Source: Oceanispirochaeta sp. (GTDB lineage Bacteria; Spirochaetota; Spirochaetia; DSM-2461). From it: 64,000 nt of DNA. Where the stretch lies: the NCBI GenBank assembly GCA_963663385.2, contig CAXXXD010000003.1, positions 544,001-608,000 of the forward strand, in the 5' to 3' direction. Positions 31,251-40,500 of the stretch are shown piece after piece; the stretch's first letter is position 1; every line of letters begins with the position of its first letter. A program made the position numbers and the translations under genes. Under the pieces are notes generated by a model. It made no database searches. It saw only the letters and a list, made by a program, of their open reading frames with translations, and was not told the origin of the DNA.

Positions 31251-32363
31251 TTATTCGGGAATTGTGTAAATGGTCTCTTTTTCAATATTGAAGGAGTCGC
31301 CGAAGGTGGGGACAACTTTCGTAACCGTCCTGACCGTTTTCCTGTTATTGGGTTGGATTTCATATCGGATAACCGTTTCCGCCAGTGTTTCGGCGGTGGT
31401 GCTGACTGCCAGATTTGTTCCGAATATCCTGTCCAGAATCATCAGGAGCGCATTACTGCTGCTCTGATTGAATTCTGTCTCCTGCGAAACTATCCTCTCA
31501 TAGGCAAGTGAGGTCCGGTTGGTTTTGCCATTATCTTCTAGGGATTCTGTGTAATATCTTACACCGTAGATTTCCTTTGTCTCTCTGTACCAGTAATCAA
31601 TCCACTCTTCAATCTTCTGATGGTATCTGACTTCACTGCTCCAGTTCATACCAGTTGCAGTGGCAGCGGGGGCATCCTGTATTGTCATATCCCCGTCAAT
31701 AGGAAAATGGTCGTACTGTGTCCCGTCATTGTAGTCGGATGTAATCCATTCATACCGGACGCTGCCGTCCTGGTAGTGAAGCTCCATTGTTTCCCTGGCT
31801 TTGGAATTGTATACCCAGGCTCCGTTCTCTTTTGTCGTTATAGGATCAGCATAAGTCCAGAACCCGTCTCCACCCGTTGGGGTGTCCCCTTCATTCCTGT
31901 CTACATCCAGGATGTAATACTCTTCAAGGTAGTAGTCAAAAATCTCTTCCTTTTTGGGATAATCTGTTTTGGCTGAAATTTTGTAAACGTTAAATGTTCC
32001 GGTATAAGTCATGGGGTTCACAACATCTTGTTCGTAAAGGGTTACCGTATAATAGGTTCTCTGCCCCTGTTCTGGATAGTTATTAACTTTGTTGCCGTAT
32101 TCGCCTTTGCCGATAAGTTTTGTAAAGCTGTAATTGGCTAACTCTTCATCTGTTGTAAGTTCCTTTGTCAACGTATAGGTATTAATCGCTGCTCTATCGT
32201 TTCCTTCGCTGAGGGTCACATCGTCTCCAGCCATCCAGTAGTAACCTGACAGGATATAATCCTGATCCGCATTTGAATCACTGCTGTCAAAACTGCATGA
32301 TGTAATTGAAAAAATTGTGATGAGTATGATTGTTAACAGCGTAATAATGCTTTTATTTGTCAT
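31251..32363 (-). CDS. Hypothetical lipoprotein, Tyr/Thr/acidic-rich
   Basis: MTNK + hydrophobic stretch + ITS-C lipobox. GGAGG RBS. Confidence 0.75.
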   Translation of the reverse strand: MTNKSIITLLTIILITIFSITSCSFDSSDSNADQDYILSGYYWMAGDDVTLSEGNDRAAINTYTLTKELTTDEELANYSFTKLIGKGEYGNKVNNYPEQGQRTYYTVTLYEQDVVNPMTYTGTFNVYKISAKTDYPKKEEIFDYYLEEYYILDVDRNEGDTPTGGDGFWTYADPITTKENGAWVYNSKARETMELHYQDGSVRYEWITSDYNDGTQYDHFPIDGDMTIQDAPAATATGMNWSSEVRYHQKIEEWIDYWYRETKEIYGVRYYTESLEDNGKTNRTSLAYERIVSQETEFNQSSSNALLMILDRIFGTNLAVSTTAETLAETVIRYEIQPNNRKTVRTVTKVVPTFGDSFNIEKETIYTIPE

Positions 32364-32488
32364 ATCGTACCTCCGAAAATCTTTTTAACTTTTAATTCTT
32401 TTTACTTTTTTATTTTACAATATCTTAATACTTTATCGGATATATTAAATATACACCATATTGAAAAAAAACACAAAAATGTGAGATT

Positions 32489-33910
32489 TTATTTATCAGC
32501 ACCTGTCGTTAAGCGTTGATGCTCTCTGATGTCTTTCAGGCGGTTATCCGTAATGGCCGTAAAGATGATCCGGTCCAGGGATTTGAGGGCCTGAAACAGA
32601 TGGACTGTCATAAGAACCGCACCTACAGAACAGGCCAGAAGGGTTGAAAACCCCGGCGTGGAGAAGAGGGGCAGGTACGGGCTTAATGCCGCGCCCGTCG
32701 TATTAAGCAGGAAAAACAGAAGGACTCCCTGAAGGGCCTTGCCGTACAACTCTATGTAGAATAGAAAATTCATGACTGTCAGAAACAGGCCCAGGACCAT
32801 AATGCTTACAGCCGTAAAGACAACCATGGGAAAAACTTCCCGCATCTCCGGTCTGAACCAGGCTGCTGATAGAAAAATCAGGGTGACACAGCCCTGGAGG
32901 GCCGCCTGCTCCTGCAGTACGAAACGGGTTGTCTTATTCAACTGGTACTGATTGGTTTTGATATGCCTTAAAGGTTTTCTGCCCAGACTGTCCAGAAATT
33001 TTTTCAGAACAAGGAAAAACTCGGTTTCCGAGAATATGGTGAAAAAAACAAGTCCCGGAATCATCATCAGATTGGTCAGGTACACAATGATATCGTAGGT
33101 CTTGTAGAGTTTCATGGACGTATCGGCAATATACTCCCCTTTCAAGCCCCAGAAAATAATTTTATCAATCCAGAGAGCGCCGTAATAGAAGAATCCCGTA
33201 ATAAAAAGAGCCCTGTACCGCTTTATATAACGGATAAAATCGTTAAGAACAGGTACTTTTTTATACCCCATTTCCTTCCGGAGATAGAAGAAAAGGAGCA
33301 GCATCAGAAGGAGCTGCCCCATGGTAAAGGCCATTAGAATATAACCGCTGTCAAACCGTATCATGGCTCCCTTCATAAAAAGGAGGGATGCTGCCATTCC
33401 AGATGAATAGACTATCAGCAGCTGATTGTAACGCTTCATGGCAGAAGCCGTAAGCATCAGAACCCATACATGATTTATAATGGTATATAACAGGATAAAG
33501 GCTGTTTTGTGTACTATTCCGACAGCCGGACCACCCAGAAAGAGTTTCTGAAGTCCAACTGCAACCGGTACAATTATAAACATGGAAGCCAGAAGATACC
33601 GGACTGTTAACCCCATGGCCTTATCCATCTCGTTTCTGTAAAGGTAGTCCGAGAGTATACGGGTAAAGATATAGTGAAAACCGCCGTTGAGTATAAGGGA
33701 TGAGGCATAGATATAGATGGTGGACGAAATAAAAAGGTTCCGTATCTCTACGGGAATCCCGAGAACCGGCTGCTGAAATATCAGAATGGTGATTATTGAG
33801 ATAAGCCAGGGGCCTGCCACAATCATGATCCCCGAAAGGGAAGCCTGAAAGAGGCCCCGGGCGCTTCCCAGGGAGGCAACCTTTCTCAGCTCGAACCCAA
33901 TGCCTGCCAT
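32489..33910 (-). CDS. pelG: Pel exopolysaccharide transporter PelG
   Basis: Signature N-terminus MAGIGFELRK, plus AGPW, FTR..SDYLY, WIDK and ET.FF. Polytopic. Confidence 0.93.
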   Translation of the reverse strand: MAGIGFELRKVASLGSARGLFQASLSGIMIVAGPWLISIITILIFQQPVLGIPVEIRNLFISSTIYIYASSLILNGGFHYIFTRILSDYLYRNEMDKAMGLTVRYLLASMFIIVPVAVGLQKLFLGGPAVGIVHKTAFILLYTIINHVWVLMLTASAMKRYNQLLIVYSSGMAASLLFMKGAMIRFDSGYILMAFTMGQLLLMLLLFFYLRKEMGYKKVPVLNDFIRYIKRYRALFITGFFYYGALWIDKIIFWGLKGEYIADTSMKLYKTYDIIVYLTNLMMIPGLVFFTIFSETEFFLVLKKFLDSLGRKPLRHIKTNQYQLNKTTRFVLQEQAALQGCVTLIFLSAAWFRPEMREVFPMVVFTAVSIMVLGLFLTVMNFLFYIELYGKALQGVLLFFLLNTTGAALSPYLPLFSTPGFSTLLACSVGAVLMTVHLFQALKSLDRIIFTAITDNRLKDIREHQRLTTGADK

Positions 33911-35317
33911 CTACTTTATCTCCATCTGAGCGAGGTTTGTGTACATCTCCCGGTACTTTCTATGCAGGTCTTTTTTATCATAAAAATTGAGCACCTTCTG
34001 AAAATTCTTTTTACCCAGTCTCTGCATCTCTTCGGGATTGTTGTAAACAGTCAGTATGCCATCGGCTATCTTACTGCTGTTTTTTGATGGAGCCAGAAAG
34101 CGTTCATCAAAATTCAGGAGTTCGGGAACATTTCCCACGGCAGTGGATACCGCGGGAATCCCCGAGCAGTAAGCTTCCAGGATTACAAGGGGCTGTGCTT
34201 CCCTCACACTGGTGAGGACAAGAACATCAATAAAACTGTAGTAATCCCTTACATCCTGTCTTCCGGTAAATTCAAATACATCCTGCAGTTTGAGGTTTTC
34301 AACCAGAAGCCGGCAGTCCTCATAGTAGTCCGGGTCTTCATCCGTCGGTCCGATACAGTAGAAACGGGCTTCAGGAACACGGTCCGCGACAATTTTACAG
34401 GCGGCAATATAGGTTTTTATATCCTTGATGGGAACAACCCGTCCGACAAGCCCTACATGAAAACCCGGGCGGGGGCAGCGTTCCAGTTTAAAACGCTCCA
34501 CATCAATCCCGTTAGGGATTACCTCTGTTTTTTCTACGGGAGCCCCCAGTTCAAGCTGTTTCTGCCGGTTTTCTTCAAAAAGGGCCGTAATATGATCGGC
34601 CTGGGTGTAACAGATCCGGCTGATCTTGTTGTAGATGCTGGTCCACATATCCCTCTGGTATCCCCTGACCAGCTGGGTTTTGCGGATTTCCATCTCCCGT
34701 TCCTTGTGATAAAGGCCGTGTTCTGTTAAAAGGAAGGGTTTTTTATGCCTGGAACTGGCTGCCAGGGCTGCCACACCGGCAAAGCCCGTTGATACGGCAT
34801 GATAGATATCCGCTTCGGGAGGAGTGGCTCCCAATACGCTGAACAGCATGTCATGGGAGGACTTCCAGGCCCAGTAGTAGTCGGAAAACGGGTAGAGAGG
34901 GTTGTTTCGGATATTCCCGTTTACTATCATTTTCCAGCCTATCCGGGATTTTACGGCAAGATGATACAGAAAGGTATTTTCCGGTATCATTCTAATCATC
35001 TTTCTTGTATCGGGATCCTTGTTCTCTGCCATAAGCTTATGGAAGCGGGCAATCTCCTTCAGCAGTTTCATCGGCCGGGGGGGAGATTTGAAGATTTTAC
35101 CTGTTGGTTCCCCCAATACGATATCCACGGATTCAATGACATTGGAAGGAAGCTTATAGCGCAGAGGCTGACCGGATTTGGGGGAGATCGTATAGAGTTT
35201 AAAATCCACTTCGGGGATATTTATGATCAGATCGTGTACCCAGGCGGAAACTCCTCCGGTAATGTAGGGGTAGGATCCCTCCAGAACAATACAGACTGTC
35301 ATGCGGCGGTCACTCAT
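33911..35317 (-). CDS. pelF: GT4 glycosyltransferase PelF
   Basis: Motifs EGSYPYITGGVSAW, STGFAG, TEHGLY.KER, GRVVPIKDIKT and S.REAQPLVILEA. Confidence 0.94.
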   Translation of the reverse strand: MSDRRMTVCIVLEGSYPYITGGVSAWVHDLIINIPEVDFKLYTISPKSGQPLRYKLPSNVIESVDIVLGEPTGKIFKSPPRPMKLLKEIARFHKLMAENKDPDTRKMIRMIPENTFLYHLAVKSRIGWKMIVNGNIRNNPLYPFSDYYWAWKSSHDMLFSVLGATPPEADIYHAVSTGFAGVAALAASSRHKKPFLLTEHGLYHKEREMEIRKTQLVRGYQRDMWTSIYNKISRICYTQADHITALFEENRQKQLELGAPVEKTEVIPNGIDVERFKLERCPRPGFHVGLVGRVVPIKDIKTYIAACKIVADRVPEARFYCIGPTDEDPDYYEDCRLLVENLKLQDVFEFTGRQDVRDYYSFIDVLVLTSVREAQPLVILEAYCSGIPAVSTAVGNVPELLNFDERFLAPSKNSSKIADGILTVYNNPEEMQRLGKKNFQKVLNFYDKKDLHRKYREMYTNLAQMEIK

Positions 35318-36128
35318 GTTTTCCAGTCCAGAAATCAAGGGTTTCCTTTTCCAGATCCGTCAGGTCATCCCTGCCTTTCATCTCATTCAAAAGCCTGTTC
35401 AGTTTCCGGGAGTCTCTTTTTTCATAGGCCAGTTCCAGTTTGACAAGGCGGTTTGAGGGCGCATCCGGCAGGAGCTGTTCAGCCTGATCATAGAGTTTCA
35501 GATTAATCAGAACCCGTATCAGCAGGTAGAGGTCCTCATCTGTGCTCACCTGACGGTTTTTCAGCTCCATCAGCAGAAGATAAGCCTCTTTCAGGTAAAA
35601 ATGATAGAGGGTCGTCTCCTTTTTATTGAGGAGCGCCAGGTGGTAGTAAATTTCCGCGGCGGCAGACTGATCTTCACGCTCCGGCTTTGTTTCCTGTTTT
35701 TCATTAAGGGCTACCAAATGCTGGTAAAAACTGCTATGGGATGAGTTATGCCGGGGGGCCGAATCCTGTTTTGCCGCCATCTTCTCTTTCAGGGCTACCA
35801 GCCGGGAGTTGTACTGTTTCTCCATGGCATTCAGGCTTTCCGCGGCAAACAGGGCCACTTCCTTGTCCTTATACTGGGAAATCTCCGTCAGAACTTCACT
35901 GAGCAGCAGGTTGGTTTCCAGATCCCTGTCCTTCCGGGACAGGAGCCACTCAATCTCGTCAAGATTATAGGGCTTCTTCATTATGGGATTCAGCCCGGTA
36001 GATTTATAGATAAACGCTTCAATGGGAAGCACATCTTCAAGGATCGCCTGCAGGGCTGCCGTAGGGGTTCTCGGTATGAACATGGTATTCAGTTTTTCAA
36101 TGTATCTGTAGGGGGAATCCTTTTTCAT
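35310..36128 (-). CDS. pelE: PelE-like HEAT/TPR protein (no obvious TM segment)
   Basis: Sits between pelD and pelF. Contains a D.EVALFAAESLNAMEK repeat-like motif and TPR-like helices. Confidence 0.6.
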   Translation of the reverse strand: MKKDSPYRYIEKLNTMFIPRTPTAALQAILEDVLPIEAFIYKSTGLNPIMKKPYNLDEIEWLLSRKDRDLETNLLLSEVLTEISQYKDKEVALFAAESLNAMEKQYNSRLVALKEKMAAKQDSAPRHNSSHSSFYQHLVALNEKQETKPEREDQSAAAEIYYHLALLNKKETTLYHFYLKEAYLLLMELKNRQVSTDEDLYLLIRVLINLKLYDQAEQLLPDAPSNRLVKLELAYEKRDSRKLNRLLNEMKGRDDLTDLEKETLDFWTGKHE

Positions 36129-37516
36129 AACTTCTGGATCTCCAGCAGGTATTCCGCTCTTTTAATCAAGTCATCCGGGTCCATTTTTTCACTGGTACTA
36201 CAGGAGGAGTATCCCAGATTTATCTCAAGGTTGAGAGATTCCCCTTTTATGGTCCAGGTTCTGTTGTTTATGTATTCCAGGCTTTCCAGGCAGAACAGGG
36301 AACACCCGTCATAATCGAGGTAGGGAATAAAAAGGGCTACCCGGGATTCCTCCCTGTAGTGAAAAAGCTCCGGTTTACTCTTGCTGCGGGATGCCAGTTC
36401 TTCCATCAGCTGCCCCTGAAGGAACTGTACTTCCTCCAGGCTGTATTGTTCGACCAGATCCCGGAAGTTCTGGAATTCAAGAAGGATCAGGCTGGAGGAG
36501 TTGAAGGTTCCCGATTCATTATATTTATACCCTTCCATAACCCTGTACAGCTGAGTGAACTGGGGAAGACCTGTATATTCGTTCTCTTCTTCTTCAGAAA
36601 GGAGAGACTCGAAATCCAGAGCCCGTTTAAGGGCAGGCTGGGCGAGGCTTATAATAATCTGAACCATGTTTTCCGTATAGCTGCTGTATTTGATAAAAGG
36701 CAGAGACTCCAGGTTGATGACTCCCCAGGTTCTGTTATCCAGAACAACCGGGCAGCATATGATGCTGTCCTCAGTATTCAGTTGAGCCAGTGAATCGTAG
36801 TTCATTGCCATCCGGATGGAAAACATCTGATTATTACGGAAAACCCATCCTTCAATTGTCTCCTTAAGATCGAGCACATCTCCTTTATTGTTTTCCGTCT
36901 CTTCCCCTTTGCGCATTTTCAGCTTCAGATTGCTTTTCTGGCTGTCGAAGATCCATAGGGATATACTTGTTGCTTCCGTAAAATGTACAATTGTATCCAG
37001 CAGGGTAGAGATACTTTTATTTGTATCCAGGCAGTCCACTTCCTGAATCCGGTCGTACATCAGGTTCAGCGACGATCTTTGACGGACTACGCGTTCTTCC
37101 AGTTCCCTGATTATATCGTGCTGGGAGAGAGTGACATCCTTCAGCTTGCTTTTTTCGCCTGATATTTTTCTGTATCGGGTCAGTATCTTGTCAATCTGAT
37201 AGAGACGGAACTGGTTAAGCGATCCCCCCAGATAGGAGAGAACAATTCCCGTGGTGCCGTTGACAAGAAGCCGTCCTGTTTCGGGTAAATCTTTGTGTAA
37301 CAGGATAAAACCCGCCACATTTAGGGAAAAAGCCGTAAAAAAACAGATCAGCCCGGAAACTCTTCCATGCCAGAAGGCCAGAAAAAGAGACGTTATCAAT
37401 ATAAGTGTTACCGGCTCGGGTAAATAACTTTCCACTACGGGAATATGGGTCGACACGCCGATAATGAGAGCTATTACTATACTTTCCGGAATAATGTTGC
37501 GTTTTTTCAGTTGCAT
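36125..37516 (-). CDS. pelD: PelD-like protein: TM helices, coiled coil, GAF and degenerate GGDEF
   Basis: N-terminal TMs, a GAF domain (GWVFRN..., IICCPV...WGVIN) and GGDEF scaffold remnants (YTGLP, LLEFQNF, INLG, DDLIKRA) without a GGDEF motif. First gene of the operon. Confidence 0.75.
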   Translation of the reverse strand: MQLKKRNIIPESIVIALIIGVSTHIPVVESYLPEPVTLILITSLFLAFWHGRVSGLICFFTAFSLNVAGFILLHKDLPETGRLLVNGTTGIVLSYLGGSLNQFRLYQIDKILTRYRKISGEKSKLKDVTLSQHDIIRELEERVVRQRSSLNLMYDRIQEVDCLDTNKSISTLLDTIVHFTEATSISLWIFDSQKSNLKLKMRKGEETENNKGDVLDLKETIEGWVFRNNQMFSIRMAMNYDSLAQLNTEDSIICCPVVLDNRTWGVINLESLPFIKYSSYTENMVQIIISLAQPALKRALDFESLLSEEEENEYTGLPQFTQLYRVMEGYKYNESGTFNSSSLILLEFQNFRDLVEQYSLEEVQFLQGQLMEELASRSKSKPELFHYREESRVALFIPYLDYDGCSLFCLESLEYINNRTWTIKGESLNLEINLGYSSCSTSEKMDPDDLIKRAEYLLEIQKL

Positions 37517-37577
37517 AACGGGTTTTAGATTATAATGTAAAATGTCACTATTGTATATATTTGTCTGGAGAATAACG

Positions 37578-40500
37578 ATGCAGAGAACAATCAGAAGGAA
37601 CAGGTTTCTTATTGCAGGAATCCTGTTTTTTTATATATTACTTTTTTCATCAGCTCTTACAGCTCAGGAAAACACGGAGGAGCAGGATGCTGAAGCCCTC
37701 CCGGAAGTTCCCGAGGTAAAGCTGACACCCATTTTTCCCGATTCGGAGGAAGGGCTGATCTATATAGAAGGGGAAGATGCTGTTTCAACCAACTTCGCTA
37801 CGGCTCCCATCTATAACTATGGGGCTTCCGCCTATCGTTCCCTGCAGCTGATTCAGCAGAATGCCCCCTACGGGGGGAAATCCTACTATGCGGAGTATGC
37901 TTTTTATGTGGAAGAGGAGGGGGAGTACTACTTCTGGTACGGTGGAACCCCTCCCGGGCCGAAAGAGGATGTATTCCCCTCCTATGCCAGCCCTTTCAAA
38001 TATATTCTGGATGATGGGGAAGCTGTTCCCGTATACAGAGAGGACCTCTCGGTCGTAGATGCCTACACGCCCTCCTATTACTGGATGGAAGTGGGGAAGA
38101 TCACCCTGACCGAAGGAGTACATAAGCTTCGCCTGGAAGTTTCGGATAAACGGCGCTACGACGGGCAGTACTACTTTTTTATGGATGCTTTCTTCTTTCT
38201 GCGGGAAGACCTGATGGAAGAAGAACTTGTTCTGGTTCCGGACGTTTTCCCGAAAAACCGTCTGGACCGCTCCCTGGACAACCCTTTTCAGTCCATTGCC
38301 TTCTATGAAGGCAGGATCAAGGAAGACCCGGGCAACAAGGACGCCTATATTGTGGTTTCCATGATCTACTCCCTCCTGGGAGACTATATAAATGCCATAA
38401 AAAATCTTAACAGTGCGGTTAACTTGGATCCGGAGGATTCCTATCCTCTTCTGCTGATGGCTAAAAACAGAATCTGGAATGGAGAGGTTACAGCCGGACT
38501 GACACTTTATAAACAGCTGGTTATCCTTGCCCCGGATAATGCCGCTTACTGGGCCGAGGCGGGTAAAGTTGCCGCCTGGACAGGCAACTATCGCGATTCC
38601 ATCGATTTTTTTACAAGGGGACTGGATAAGTTTCCCGAGGATCTGAACCTGAAGGTAAACCTGGGGCTTACCTATCTCTGGATGTCCCGGTCGGGAGAGG
38701 CCGAGACTGCTTTTTCCGAAGCTGAAGAGAGTTCGGCGGGGAACCATGAACGGGCAATGGAACTGGGAAATATTCACTCCCTGAACGGTTATCCCCAGTA
38801 TGCCGTGGAAATCTATAAAAAAGAGATTGCCCAGTCTCCGGAGTATCTGGAAACCTACCTCAATCTGGAGAAGGCCTACAGGGATACCGGGGAGAGGGAT
38901 AAGGCGGAAGAGCTGATCTCCCTGATCTACGACAGCTTTGAAGAGAGCAGCGCTTTTTCATCCTATATGAATGTTTATGAAGAGAAGCTTCAGATGAAAC
39001 AGGATATTCTGGACGGCTACCGCATAGCACTGGATGAGAACCCCGATAACATCAATCTCAGGCAGGAACTGGCCCAAACCTATTTCTGGAACGGACTAAA
39101 GGAAGAAGCTGTTGATGAATCCCTGCGTATTCTGGTTAATAAAATGTTCCATGTGTTTAAGGATTTTGACAGCAAAGCGGAAAAGCTGCTAACCCTGAGG
39201 GATAAACTCTCCTACACGATGGAACGTTACCATAGGATTATGGACTCCTGCGGAGATGCTTCAAAACAGTTAAGCAGCGCCCAGTCCGCTTATAAAAAGG
39301 CAGAAGCGGCTGTTCAGAAAAAGCCCGGAGATACGGAACTGGCAGCCAAAATGGATGAACAGTATCTGATTTATGCGGATGCCTATAATATGGCTCAGGT
39401 ATGGATAGACCGCCTTGCAGAGCAGGAAACCGTACTGGAGGACCTTAAAGACAACTGGGAATCTCTCTCTTCTGCCGAAGAGGAGGACGAAGAACTGTTC
39501 CGGCAGCTTATGGGTGATCTGGAGTGGTCCTGGGACAGGAGCTTCACCAAAATGGAACTTAGGCAGGTTCAGAGGGACGAGCCCTTTCTCGCCGGCTATA
39601 TACTGGGGCGTCTGGCCCTTTTCGAAGGTCGGATGGAAGAAGCTGCCCGGGTTCTTTCTTCCGATACATTTGAAGATTCTCCCTTTGCCCGGTACGGCTT
39701 GTATGAAGCCCTTCTCTGGCAGAACAATGAAAAAAAACAGGATGAAATGTGGGCCGGCGAAGCGGATGTCCTGACACTCTACCGGCAGCATCTTTTCGAT
39801 CTGGAGGCAACAGCCTGGAGCGAACCGGGTTCGGGCTCTTTCCTTCCTGATGATGATGAGGTAGCGAGTCTGACCGGATTTATGAATCAGCGGATTAAAG
39901 AGTTCAGTACGGACCGGGAAGAACTGGATAAGCTGGCGGGGAAAATCGGTAAAGCCATAGACAGAAAACTCAACCGCAGTATTTACTACCTGGAGCAGGA
40001 AACCTATATGCTCCGGTTCGAACTGGGGGATTACTATCTGGAAATGGAAGAGAACCTGAAAGCATCCCGTCAGTTTGACAGGGTTCTGGCTATGGATCCC
40101 TGGAATATAAGCGCCAATTACAAACTGGGGATAGTCAGTCAGCGCTACGGCAACTGGTACAGGGCCATGAATCAGTACGAGAAGGTCTACTTTCAGAACC
40201 CTCTCTACGAAAACGCCGCCTATTACTACAATCAGCTGGCCCGGGCGAATGCGGATTATGTTCATATAACAGCTCAGAATGTTACGGATCCCTCCCGTAT
40301 CGCCTATACGGGAACAGCCGAGTACAACAGTAAAGTGAACAACTGGCTGGGGTGGGGGCTCGACTATCAGCTGGATATTGACCGGCAGTACAGAACCTAC
40401 GGGAGCGAAGACCCCTCATCCTTCAAGCTTCATACGGCTGTGTTTGATCTTCCTCTGCGGCTGTCGGACTGGAATCTGCAGCTTACCCCCTTCGGGGGTG

